The notes below the pieces were generated by a model. That model saw only the letters and a list, made by a program, of their open reading frames with translations. It had not been told where the DNA came from and did no database searches. The translations under genes were made by a program, and so were the position numbers. From Octopus sinensis (Eukaryota), in NCBI RefSeq assembly GCF_006345805.1, contig NC_043016.1, positions 5,332,001 to 5,396,000 on the forward strand: DNA of 64,000 bases, written 5' to 3'. Shown here in pieces: positions 1 to 13,324 of this stretch (position 1 is its first letter; every line of letters starts with the position of its first letter).

Positions 1-189
1 TTATTGAACTTTGATATGGGAAAAGCCTACGACCTTCTATGTCAATAGACCATTATTGTTCCTGAAAGTTGTTTTATTATGCCTACTAAGGACTGTTTGA
101 ATCTCACTAACTTCCCGCACCTTGATCTTTGGATTTTATAATTATATATCATTAATATATAATATATATGTAATATATACAACATACTA

Positions 190-286
190 TGGCTGTGTGG
201 TAAGAAGCTTGCTTCCCAACCACATGGTTCCGAGTTCAGTTCCACTGCGTGGCACCTTGGGCAAGTGTCTTATAGTGTAGCTGACC
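190..286 (+). mobile_element. tRNA-derived SINE head (family 1), 3'-truncated
   Basis: A-box-like TGGCTGTGTGGTAAG and B-box-like GAGTTCAGTTCC, then GGCACCTTGGGCAAGTGTCT; homologous segments at 17177-17270 (+) and 45498-45746 (-). Confidence 0.65.
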
Positions 287-307
287 AATATATATATATG
301 TTATATA

Positions 308-398
<91 letters not shown>

Positions 399-825
399 TT
401 GGGTCGTTCTTTTTTACTCATTTATGTATATATATATATAGTACAAAGTAAGATAGGGGGGTTATGGGTGTAACCCACCATGGAATAGCATTTATCCAAT
501 ATACTGTTGGTAAAGTACTCAGATTCTTAATACATAATGTTCTTAATTGCAATGCATTAATTAATTTATTGTATTGAAGGGTTGAAGGTAAAGAAATATT
601 TTTACCGTAAATTATAATACAAATAAAAAAAATGAGAAGAAAAGGAGAAGAAACAAAATAGTTTGTTCATCAACTTTTGGATATTATAATGTTGGATTAT
701 TATTCATTTAACAAAATGAGACCTCAATAGCATACATATATATCTTATAATTCATACATATAAGATATAAGATAAGAATGCAATTATAAAAGTCACAATA
801 TACATTAATGAAATCGTTAAAATCA

Positions 826-960
826 CTTCTTACAGCTGTTTCAGCCTATGGCTAAAAGTAGATAATTTTATTTTATTGCCTATAGTTGTCAATAATTGAG
901 GTTGTAGGCATTTAAAAATAGGGTACTTATATAAATAACCATAGGCCTCGTCAGAGGTTA
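826..960 (-). ncRNA. Degenerate minimal hammerhead ribozyme motif with extended stem II
   Basis: Minus strand: CTGACGA, 12-bp stem II (ggcctatggtta/tagccataggct) closing a long insert, GAAA, palindromic CAGCTG, GUA triplet; stem I only 2 bp. Confidence 0.45.
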
Positions 961-1204
961 TAAGGAACTTTAAAAATATTAATATTAATACATTAAACAT
1001 GATGCACATATTACTTAATATATATATAAAAAATAAACAAATATCCATTTAGACATATACATATACATATATACACACATATACATACATAAGCAAAGTG
1101 TATATACTATTTCCGTGTGTAAAAAGATAAATAAACACAATTAAACAATAGGTTCAAGTAGATATACCATACGTCCTATACATATATACATACATTGGAA
1201 CATA

Positions 1205-1265
1205 TAAACAGGTCTATGCTTACGGACAGATAAATAAAAATTTATTATTATATATATTATTATTA

Positions 1266-1328
<63 letters not shown>

Positions 1329-1339
1329 CATTATTGTTA

Positions 1340-1385
<46 letters not shown>

Positions 1386-1414
1386 CATTATTGTTATTGT
1401 TATTGTTATTGTTA

Positions 1415-1464
<50 letters not shown>

Positions 1465-1567
1465 GTTATGTTTATCAATAATAACAATATTATAAAACGT
1501 CTATGCTTATGACCAGATAAATAATCAATTATTAATAAAAAAACACTGTTATTATTATCAATATAGA

Positions 1568-1642
<75 letters not shown>

Positions 1643-1670
1643 GTTATCAATAATAACAATATAATTTATT
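1205..1670. repeat. Compound (ATT)n microsatellite with duplicated short unique spacers
   Basis: gtctatgctta...cagataaataa near 1212 and 1499; tgttatcaataataacaat-type motif near 1468 and 1642. Confidence 0.8.
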
Positions 1671-2974
1671 TATAGTAATCTTCACTTGACAATAGATATT
1701 ATAATAGATTCTAACATATCAGAAAATTACGATACAAGATTTAATATATATATATTCATACATATATACATGTATACAAGTATACATGCATATAAACATA
1801 TAACATACAGTTAGAATATGTTTATCATTGTATACATCCTCATAATGCAAACAAATTCAATTGTAATATCCAAAAGAAAAATTTTTATCTTTTCGTCAAA
1901 ACTGAAGTTAAGCCACATTATTTATGCTCTATGTTATATTTATATAAAAAATTTTCAAAATTACTGGAGGTTAAGGAGCGGTTATTTTAAATCACAAGCT
2001 ATTTCCAATTGGCTAATTCATTTGAACTTATCCGCTTGATCCGTTGTAAATAGTAGAGGGTCTAATTATTAAGTATTAGCCTTTCGTGTTAACAATTTAT
2101 ATCTTAAATTAACTTATAGATGTTAAGCTTAAATAGAAAGTTCCTACAGAAATCTATACAAAAATCAATCATTTATAACTCCGACCATATTTTATACGAT
2201 CGAAACGAAATGCATGTATAACACACACACAATACCTACGCATACGTAAACAAATGTACATACGTTTTTACACACCCAAACATACATCCGTTGAAAAGAA
2301 AAGATAGATATATACGTATATATCCACTCACATATACACAAACATACATGCACTCACATGTATCCACATACTCTCACAAAACGTCACATTACACATACAC
2401 ATTCCTACCTATAATCCACATACACGCACACATATATACACATCCAAACATACATACACACATACCCATACACACATGTACATACACATACATTCCTACA
2501 TCAACATATACAAATACGTACAAAATTAACTCTATAAATAAGTTTAGGTCTACAATTAAACAAATAAGCTAGATATGAGTTAAATGATTTTATACCTAAC
2601 ATTTTTATTGAATAAGAACACGAAACGAAAATTTATCCATATCCACAAGCATACTCGTAAAGACACATTCAAACCTCTATATGTATTACTATTCGACAAA
2701 CACAAATATCTATACATAACTACACATAACACAAATTTACACATACACACATATGCACATGCATATAGACATATACCTATACATAAACATGCATAATCAA
2801 ATACCTACATATAGTATAATATATTCTCCCACATATTATTATAATTATATACATATATGCATATACATTCTCTAGGAGTCCATATATATATGCATTTACA
2901 TACAAATATACATATTCAGATACATATTTACATATTACCCCACTCATACAGATACACAGCTACACACACCATAC

Positions 2975-3048
<74 letters not shown>

Positions 3049-3187
3049 ATATACATATTCAAATACACAAACAAATACATGTATCCACATGCATATCTAC
3101 ATACATACAAATACACACATATATGCAAGAGTAAAATAATTCACTTACATATAAAAATATATACAACTGTACATATTTGCATGTATA

Positions 3188-4210
3188 GATAACCACACAT
3201 GTATTTATATATCCCAATTTGAATATATAAAAACCCATATCTACATGAGTACAAGCTAGACTAGATGCATATATATATATATATATGTATATGTATATAT
3301 ATATATACATGTACATACACACACATACACACATATACAAATAAATACGTATATATACATACATATACATACATACACACACATATACATACCATCACAT
3401 ACACATATATACACGATGATCCATCTGTAGTATCTAATATACAGAATTAATAACAAAGAACAATAATTGAAAAACTGCATATCCATGAACATATATATAC
3501 ATAAATATACATACATAAATCCACACATACATATACTAAACCAAATAATAGTGTATTCATGTGGTTATGCACATTCAAACCTAGTTTATACAAAGCTTTA
3601 TACTAAACAACAGATGTAAATGTATACCAATATACATATACATATGCATATACATACAAACATATACAGGTATATATGGAATATACATATATGTACACAT
3701 GTATATATAACCCCACAGTTAATTATATATCCCAATCTAAATATATAAAAACACAAAATCAATATAAGTATAAGCTAGACTACATGCATATATATATGTA
3801 TACATACATGTACACACACATACATACGCACACATCCATAAGATCTAATATACATAATTAATATCATAAAATAATAATAATAGAAAACTAACACATACAT
3901 ATACATAAATACATATATATATCCATCTATACATATACGAATCCAAAAGTGTACTCAAGTGGGTGTGTACATACACACATACTTTATACAGAACTTTATA
4001 CTAGTCTAAATATATATCAATATATATAAACAAGTGTAAATATATATCAATATACATAAACAAATGGATATATCTACAAACAAATACAAATACATAAAGA
4101 ATATACATATATGTACACACATATCGACACCTATATATATATATATAAACATATTCACATACATATACATATATTACACACTTATACATACATACATATA
4201 CAAAGATCGA
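3188..4210. repeat. Imperfect ~500-bp tandem duplication in low-complexity AC/AT DNA
   Basis: tatatatcccaat...aagctagacta occurs at ~3205-3262 and ~3723-3782; tttatac..a.ctttatacta at ~3585 and ~3983. Confidence 0.6.
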
Positions 4211-4292
4211 TATATCCATAACCCATTACAATTTCTTTACTCCTAAATATATTAAAGTAAAAGTGCTCATTATAACTAGTTGCATTTATTTT

Positions 4293-4411
4293 AAGTGTGT
4301 GTGTGTGTGTGTGTGTGTGTCTGTGTGTCTATGTGCGCCTGTGTGTCTGTGTGTGTGTGTTTGTGTGTGTGTCTGTGTGTGTGTCTCTGTGTGTGTGTCC
4401 GTGTGTGTGTG

Positions 4412-4468
<57 letters not shown>

Positions 4469-4500
4469 ATGTGTGTGTGTGTGTGTGTCTGTGTGTATTG
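4293..4500. repeat. (GT)n microsatellite
   Basis: Directly visible. Confidence 0.95.
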
Positions 4501-4728
4501 TAAGAAGTGATTTTAATGATTTCAATGATTTATATTATGACTTTTATAATTTGTATTTTTATCTTATATGTATGCTTTTAAGGTTCTCATTTTGTTAAAT
4601 GAATAAATAATCCAACATTATAACATCGGAAAGTTGATGAACAAACTTAATTTGTTTCTCTATTTTCTTATTTGTATTATATATATATATATATATATGC
4701 ATTTACATAATATATATATATAATATAC

Positions 4729-4805
<77 letters not shown>

Positions 4806-4807
<2 letters not shown>

Positions 4808-4942
4808 TTTATTTAAAGCAGCAGAAAATTCAACAAATTTGTTGAATTTCTGCTGCTTTAGATAAAGCATATTACTCTACCACTGGCATTTAAGTACTCT
4901 TTTTTTTCCACCTTGTTTCACATTTATGTGTTTACTCCGGTA
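4806..4942. repeat. Short interspersed repeat starting with a loop-less palindrome, embedded in (TA)n
   Basis: tttatttaaagcagcagaaaattcaacaaa (4808-4837) immediately followed by its near-complement (4838-4866). Confidence 0.7.
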
Positions 4943-5031
4943 TATATATATAATATATAATTATAATATATATATATATATATTATATATATAAAATATA
5001 TATTATATATAATAATATATATATATATAAT

Positions 5032-5081
<50 letters not shown>

Positions 5082-5118
5082 TATATAAATATATATATAT
5101 ATTATATAGAGATGGAGA

Positions 5119-5157
<39 letters not shown>

Positions 5158-5269
5158 CAATCTTTCGGTATTAGTAGACGAAGTCATTCACCATCTTTTT
5201 CAGCCTGCCCTTAACAAAACCCCCAAGTCTCGGGACCTGGCAGTGAACTATCTCTTCCAGCGTATTGCA

Positions 5270-5450
5270 TTTGAGACATTTGGAGGGCTGGGCCGCTATC
5301 GGTGAAGTACTTTTCATCGTTAGCGGCTCGCCTTACCGAGATGTCAGGTGATACTCATGAGGGTACTTGGCTTTTCCAACGCCTTAGCCTCGCCATCGCC
5401 CGTGGTAGTGCCGCGAACGCGTTGGCTTGCTTCGGTAGGTTGATGTGCTT
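5270..5450 (+). mobile_element. CRE-clade non-LTR retrotransposon 3' end (RLE C-terminus)
   Basis: FETFGGLG...LAARLTEMSGDTHEGTWLFQRLSLAIARGSAA matches the CRE-type ETLG...QRLSxAIxRGNA tail. Confidence 0.75.
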
Positions 5451-5784
5451 TTTCTTTCTCCCCCTTTTTTTTGTTTTCTTTTGTAAATTATATTCCTTTT
5501 CACCGAATTATTGCAAATTGAAACAATTATTTTACACCTTCCGCCACTGTAGTAAGCCTGTCAGATGTTGAAGATAGAAAAAAACAGTAAAGTGTCCTTC
5601 TGTCCTTTCTCTTATACTACAAAAAGTAAAGAAACCATATTTACCACTTATTTATTAATCCCCCCCCCCAAATTACATTCTTTTCATACTTTTGCCATTT
5701 GCACCTTTATCTGTTAAATAAAACCATGATCTATATCTTGAGGAAACGTTGTGTGAGTGAATTACGTCGTGTACCAAAATATTG

Positions 5785-5833
<49 letters not shown>

Positions 5834-6468
5834 TGTGTCTGTGTGTCTGTGTCTGTGTGTCTGTGTGTCTGTGTCTGTGTCTGTGTGTGTATAAGAATTG
5901 TTGAAGCAGCTTTTCGTTTCAGTTGCTTCAAGCAAAAATTCCAAAAATTTTTTTACACATTTAAATATTTTTCATTAAAAGGAGCAACGGAGAAATTCAT
6001 TTGAGTGGTAGAGAGAGACAAAGAGCGAGAGTGAGAGGTGATTTTCCTAAATATATAAGGTAAAGTTCGCTCGGTATCCATGGAACTTTATACTTTAAGT
6101 AACGTAGATTAGGATTATTCAAAATAAAATGAAAACGAAATATGCTTCGTTTGGTATTCCGCCAGACACACACCTTTATAGTCATCAGTGCTTTCTTTAA
6201 AAATAGTTGGGGGTTTATTTTTAACATCTAAATTTACGCTTTGTAAAAAATAATTTTCTGCATTTGATAAATAATGTATTGTTGAAAAAATTACGGAACT
6301 GAAACTAACGAAAAGGATGGCGAAAAGAAAGTGGTTTGCGTTTTCATTATCGTGAATAGCTGGAATATTAACTTCTGAAGAAAATCCATTTTTCTCGCGC
6401 AGCAAAATATCTGTGTTGTTTAGAAACACCCATGCGCGCGAGCATGCACACACGCACACAAGCACACA

Positions 6469-6553
<85 letters not shown>

Positions 6554-8180
6554 ATACATGCACGCACAGATACACACACACATACACACACATGTTCATG
6601 CAAGAAACAATAGCAAAACTCCCACCGAAGCACTGTTTATCGTTAGCTGTGATAAAGATCTATATGTAAAAGCATTTCAAACCATAACTCTACCAGGTGG
6701 GGCACATATGGGGCTAAAGAACGAAATACTTACATATACAAGAATATTTTTATATGTCCATGCCAAAAAAATAATTGATGGTTAGGGATATCTTAATCTT
6801 CAGACATCCTTCTTGTAGGAGGTAGCACGTTGATCTGTCAATTATATTAAGAAGTTTTCTATTGTTCTCATGTTCTGAGTTTGAGCATACATATAGGTAA
6901 GGAATGATGTCATAGTAAAATGAGGCTCAAAGAGAAAATAGCTCTTATTAAAACTAAAAAGAAGACAAAATATGTAAAACAATGTTGCAAAATATATCAT
7001 CATTTGTAATAAATATTTTACTTAGAATCTCGCAGAAACTAAAAAGAAAAAAGCTTAAAAATTACATTTTAAATTCAAACAAAGCAAAATATGTTTTCAG
7101 ACAGTTCGGCACATTTTCACAACAGATAGACAGAAGACATTTCAAACAATATACATACGATTAAAGCATCAGAAAAACAATATACTATAGTTACCCTTTC
7201 TTTTTCTTTTTTTTTTCCTTTTTCTTTTTTTTTTTTTTTTTGTCAGCACAGAATTTGAATACAACGCAGTAACACAAAAAAAGGAAAATCTTGAAATTGT
7301 TTCGCTAATGACCAGAATTTTTTTTTAAATGGAGAAAATGATTCTGAAAATATCTATTGATCACATACTCCCTGTTTGTTTCTTGGGATTGTGTAGCTAA
7401 TTCTGTTGCCTTGGTCATGCGGTTTTGCAGCCTTCAAACTTTTGCGCGGTTTGAGTTTTTCGTTGGCGTTTGTCAGGCAACTGTCGACAGCACTTGTTCA
7501 AGATCTAAATTACATTGAAATAGCTACATACTAATGAATTACTATAGATACCTATCAAGCATGGGAATACGTGGGTTTTGTAAGACATGATATAATAGTC
7601 AGAGAATTTTGTAAGGAGTGTTTTGTTAAAAAGAAAGAGCAACTAGGAAGATATTAACGAACGGCTCACCCATACCTACCCCCGGCAAGGAATGAAGTGA
7701 ACAGGAAATTTTCTGGGATATAGGTTGCCTGTTTGTTTAGTTTTGTCGTCTGACTATCCCACATTCTTATTAATTCTGCTTGTAAAGAACATATAGCCTT
7801 GTCCAAAATCAACTACTCAGACAAGTCAATAAATAAAGAGCAAAAGTTCCAACAGGTTTGACAGGCCGTGCACCATACGTTACATCAACCTGAATTCATT
7901 GTGGGCAGAACCTGTTACCACCTACACGTCTCATTACTTCGAAGTTGTTTTTTTTTTTTCTTCTCTCACTCGTTTCTCAAATCTGCCAATACGTGTCATT
8001 GTGGAAGTAATATAACATTCTAAACACGAAGAGTTATCAACTTTTGAACTACATTTTAACTTATTAAGACGTATATAAAATAAACTCTCAGTGAGAGTTG
8101 CCAAGTGTGGTTATTAATGAGTGAGTCTCCTCTTTCTTTTCTCTCTCCCTCCCTCTCCCTTCTCCCTATCTATCTATCTA

Positions 8181-8294
<114 letters not shown>

Positions 8295-8449
8295 GAGGTG
8301 AACCATGGGTGTGGAGTTTGGCTGCAGAGGTGGTCAGGATGCAGAGGTGGCCAGCGATATGAAGAAGGTGGATGCAGTTGGACTACTAAAATTGATAAAC
8401 TGACAATGACTCCAGCGACGGGATAGTAACGGCGGTAGGTTCAAAAATG

Positions 8450-8990
8450 TTATTGCAGGGCTTCTTTGTAGACAACGTTCCTGGTGTTGCCCAGATTACT
8501 ACAAATGAAGAGATTATGTGGACTGCCGACACGGGAGCATCCGACATGCTGTGTCAGATTTAGGCCAACTACTAGTAACGACTGTCCCTGTGCCTTGTTG
8601 ATGCTCATTGCAAAGCATACTTTTACGGAAAATTGCCGTCGCATAAATTCAAATGACACAGCCGAAGGACTAAAGGCTCATGGGGCTTAATAACTTTGTT
8701 ACGCCAGCAGATGGTCCGCTCAGAATGGTTGTCGTTAGAATTAAGGTCCCAATACTTTTGACGATCAGACGCGTACCGTTGCATAGTTCTGGTGGTTCCA
8801 CGTTTCTCAGCAGCATAACTGGAACACCAACCTTCAGTCTAAAGTCATGAGGTGGAAGTCCGGGAGGTAGTTGGCTGTTGAGGATTTCAATAGGTGTGCA
8901 AATTTTCAGCACAATCCGACTACATTTACTAACAATTTTGCCTGCACAACTGCATGTGAGACAACGTCCGTCCTTTTCGCGAATATATAT
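8450..8990 (-). mobile_element. Internally deleted Helitron: non-coding 5' region fused to the PIF1-like helicase C-terminus
   Basis: PPGLPPHDFRLKVGVPVMLLRN..LCNGTRL and FAMSINKAQGQSL...NVVYKEAL* in ORFs 8670-8912 and 8450-8659; 5' part shares gctgaaaatttgcacacctat with the copies at 8996-9240 and ~36020. Confidence 0.85.
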
Positions 8991-8995
8991 GCTAT

Positions 8996-9240
8996 TCTAA
9001 GCAGAGATACCCGGCCTTACTCGGGATTAAAATAGTTTATTATTGTTTTACTTGTTTCGGTAATATAACCCGATTTCATTCGGGTCTACGCGGCCACATT
9101 TTAAAAGATGAGGAATTTTGCGCTAGAGGATACGCCTTTCAATTGAGCAAACTCAAAGATGCCATGCAAACTCGCCAGCACTTTTAACATAGGTGTACAT
9201 AATTTTTCAACTCAATCCAACCAAATATGCACACATTATA
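8996..9240 (-). mobile_element. Short non-autonomous Helitron, head-to-tail with the element at 8450-8990
   Basis: 3' hairpin cccgagtaaggccggg followed by tatctctgCTTAG; body homologous to 35977-36160. Confidence 0.65.
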
Positions 9241-9472
9241 TATATACATACGAATTAAATATATATATGTACATATATACGCATGAAATATATATATATG
9301 TATATAATATATCGCATTATATATATATATATGCATTATATATACATGTGTATACACATTATATATATACACACATATATATATAAATATAGATATATAC
9401 ACATTATATATATATATATATATATATTTACATATATATATATATATAACACACACATTATATATATATATA

Positions 9473-9521
<49 letters not shown>

Positions 9522-9522
9522 C

Positions 9523-9569
<47 letters not shown>

Positions 9570-9869
9570 TATAAATTAACACAAAAAATATCTGATTAAT
9601 AATAGTTGTTATCATGATTGTGCGGTGGTGGTGGGCGATAATAATTCCCCGTTCTAAAAGAGCTATAACGGGAATATTTAAAATTTCTCTCTATAGATAC
9701 AGAGAGAGGGGGGGCGGTGGGAGAAAGGGAAACGGGGAGAAAGAAGACGGGCGAAGGCGGAGAGGGAAAGAGTGAGAGTGGAAGCTTTCAAACGTTGTTA
9801 TGGAGAGAAAATGAATGGAAGTGAGGAAGAGAGATATGGAGGAAGACAGGAGGATATCCGAAAGACTTG

Positions 9870-10225
9870 TCAAAGTCTGGGTTTTGTTGCCCTAATAACC
9901 ACAGCTTTTGAGATGGAGATTTCTAACCTAGTCCAGTCGTTTTCTTGCCAGCAAATGAATACAAACTTCCTCTGTATTGATCACGAAAAGGCTTTCGATA
10001 GCATTGAGATGAACGCAGTGTTGGAATCTATGGAAATACAAGTTGCCGAGGCGCAATGCATCAAACTGTTCAAGAGATGCGAACTCTGGATGCACAACAG
10101 ATATAGCTCTTCTATTCCCATAATAAAAGTTCCAATTGAGAAGGGTGTCAAGCAAGGAGATACCATCTCTCCAAAGCTCTTTACCGGGCGTGAACAATTA
10201 TCACGCCTCCGTTTCGCAAATGATA
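9870..10225 (+). mobile_element. RTE-clade reverse transcriptase fragment
   Basis: IDHEKAFDSIEMNAVL...PIEKGVKQGDTISPKLFT...LRFAND in ORF 9772-10233. Confidence 0.8.
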
Positions 10226-12182
10226 TGGAATAGTTGCAGGGTCAATGTACGAACATCTAGAAAATAACGGAGTCCTGCCACATGAGCAGAAGAGTTGCAA
10301 GTGTAAGTGCAGAGGTAACCAAGGATCAACTCCTGATCGACAAAACTGTACTTAGAGACTGCAAGAGGAGGAAATGTAACTTAGCCACGTCATGGATCGA
10401 CTATCGTAAGGCGTACGATATGATCCCACATTCTTGGATTATGGAGTGTATGAAGCTATTTGGTATTGAATCGAATGTTGAGCGATTGCATGGAAAAAGT
10501 ATGGCGAATTGGAAGAGGGCGGAAGAAGCACGAGAGAGTTTAGAGAGAGTAGAAATTAGGAGGGGCATCTTCCAAGGGAAACTGCCTGTCACCACTGATA
10601 TTTGTACTTTACTTGATACCACTAACTTGATTCTGAGGAAATCGAAAGCTGAATATGTGTTCAACGCCGCCAACAAAAATCAACCATTTGGTATTCATGG
10701 ATGACCTCAAATTTATGGTAAAGATGAAGCCCAAGTCAGTTCCTTCGTTGATACGGTGTATACTTTCAGTGCTGATAACAGAATGGAGTCGGACTGAGAA
10801 AGTGTGGAGTGCTGGTCTTGAAGAGAGGCAAAATCAAAATGTATGGACGAGCTAACGATATCGTCGGGAGAGGTTATGATGCAGATAGAAGAGACGGGCT
10901 ATAAATACTTGAGGATTTTGGAAATGGATAAATTGATGGAGAAAGACATGACAGAAAAATTTAAGGTGTAGTACTTGCGCAGACTTAAGTCGAAATTAAA
11001 CGGACGGAATAAGATTGAAGCCATCAACACCTGGGCAGTTTCACTCCTTAGATATGGAGCAGGGGTAGACGAACTAAACAGCTTAGAAAGAAAGAGAAGG
11101 AAATTGCGAACTAGATATGGGTCACTCTACCCAAAAAGTGACACAGACAGACTGTATGTACAAAGAAAAAGAGGAAGAAGAGGACTTATTAGATGCGAAC
11201 ACAGCATTAGAGCAGAAGAAAACAACGTAGCATGGTATGTAAAAAATGCCATAGAACTGCTATTGTTAGAAGTAAGAAGGTCAGGCTTGTGTAGGATGAA
11301 AGATTACGAAGATAGAGCACTATACAACAAATTGAAAACGAATCAGACTGAAAATAGGTGGGTAAAGAAAAGAATGCATGGACAATTTCATAGGAATGTT
11401 GAAGACAGAAAAAAGATGGCTGTGGATGACGAAAATGATTTGAAACCGGAAACGGAGGCTGTAATCTGTGCTGCCCAAGAACAAGCACTAAGAACAAATT
11501 AAAATACAAAATAAACAACATAGCAGAAAGTGATATGTGCAGAATTTGTGGACAAAATGGTGAAACCGTATGGAATATTACCAGCCAATGTACGCCATTA
11601 GCCCAGAAGGAATATAAGAGACGCTACAACAATATAGCCAGGCTTGTCCATTGGACAATTTGCAACAAATAGGGACTTGACAGAGCAAAAAATTGGTACG
11701 ACCATAAACCCGAAGACATCATCGAAAATGATAATGCAAAGATCCTGGGGGATTTTATGATTCAGTGCGACCATCAGATAGACAATAGGGAGCCAGACAT
11801 AGTCTTAATTGAGAAAGAAAGCAAACTATGCTGGATCATAGACATAACATGCCCAGCTGACAACAATGTATGCGATAAGGAAGAAAGAAAAGTCGATAGG
11901 TATGACAGGTTAGCTTGGGAAGTTAAGCAGCTATATTCGATGAAAAAGATGGTAGTAGTACCAACAACTGTCTAAGCCCTGGGAACAGTGAGTAAAAATC
12001 TTGAGAAGTACATGGTACAAATAGGGGCAGCAATAAGGGTGGAGCAATTGCAGAAAACAGCACTGCTTGAACCGCTCGAATACTCTAGAAGGTACTCGAA
12101 AAATAACGGGTGTTACCTTAATTCACTTGTAGTGAACAGCTGACACCGTAATCATCTCCAGCATTAGAAGCTGTGCAAAGCC
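10226..12182 (+). mobile_element. R4/Dong-clade LINE (family A), 5'-truncated and degenerate: RT, CCHC, RLE, 3'UTR
   Basis: DQLLIDK, WIDYRKAYDMIPHSW, RRGIFQG, FMDDLK, EPDIVLIEK..IIDITCP; 3'UTR matches 50940-51010 (-); followed by (TAA)n. Confidence 0.92.
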
Positions 12183-12199
12183 AATAATACATAATAATA

Positions 12200-12266
<67 letters not shown>

Positions 12267-12290
12267 ATAATAATTAATATAATAATAATA

Positions 12291-12321
<31 letters not shown>

Positions 12322-12520
12322 TAGTAATAATAATAATAATAATAATAGTAATATAATTATAATAATAATAATATAATAATAATAATAATAATAATAATTA
12401 TTAATAATAATAATAATAGTAATAATAATAATGATAATAATAATAATAGTAATAATAATAATAATAATAGTAATAATAATAATAATAGTAATAATAGTAA
12501 TAATAGTAATAATAGTAATA

Positions 12521-12552
<32 letters not shown>
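12183..12552. repeat. (TAA)n/(GAT)n array at the LINE 3' end
   Basis: Directly visible. Confidence 0.95.
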
Positions 12553-12553
<1 letters not shown>

Positions 12554-12554
12554 G

Positions 12555-12742
12555 TCCTTTCTACTGGAGGCACCTGGCCTCAGACTTGTGGGGTGGGGAT
12601 TAGTCGATTATATCGACCCCAGTGTTTCACTGGTACTTAATTCATCGATCACGACATTTGAAGGCAAAAGTTGACATCGACGGAATTAGAGCTCAGAGCA
12701 TAACGTCGGACGAAATTCTGCTACATTTCGCCCCGGCATACT
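12555..12742 (-). mobile_element. tRNA-type SINE (family 2)
   Basis: Homologous to copies at 38418-39096 and 60131-60349 (gtcgatta..tcgaccccag...ggcaaa.gt.gac...gagctcag). Confidence 0.75.
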
Positions 12743-12743
12743 A

Positions 12744-12915
12744 AGAAGAAGAAGAATAAACGAAGAAGAAGAAGAAGAAGAAGAAGAAGAAGAAGAAGAA
12801 GAAGAAGAAGAAGAAGAAGAAGAAGAAGAAGAAGAAGAAGAAGAAGAAGAAGAAGAAGAAGAAGAAGAAGAAGAAGAAGAAGAAGAAGAAGAAGAAGAAG
12901 AAGAAGAAGAAGAAT
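12744..12915. repeat. (GAA)n microsatellite
   Basis: Directly visible. Confidence 0.97.
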
Positions 12916-13324
12916 ATGGATAATAACAACATGGATGTGCTACACTGGGCTCCCCATTCAAAAACAAATCTAATCTAATAATATCAATGGAATTGGATAA
13001 AGGAATCTGTGGAATACTTGAAGAAAAAAAGAAATTTTACTGCCTTACAAAGCACAGTTTCGGCTATTCACGCGCGAAACACACGCAAAATCAACACAGG
13101 AAAATTTGCAAATTATAAAAGAGAAATGGAACAAGGCAGTACGTACATAAATTGAGTAATTACGCATACACTCGAATGTCTACACAATCATATATACATT
13201 TTGATACCCATAGGACTACACATACATCTCAATGTTTACACAACTACATGAAATTTACAGGACACACATTCACGCATATGAAAGCATGTGCACAAACGAA
13301 ACAAAAACAAAAAAAAATGTTTGA

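Noticed and set aside
190-286. tRNA gene (also 38715 and 45700)
   Set aside because: A and B boxes are present but there is no cloverleaf, and it continues into SINE body sequence.
7369-7504. Minus-strand exon between atttAG and GA|GTATGT
   Set aside because: All three frames hit stops from the best acceptor, and the peptide in the longest frame is unrecognised.
8450-8912. Host PIF1 helicase gene
   Set aside because: Frameshifted, intronless C-terminal fragment attached to Helitron terminal sequence.
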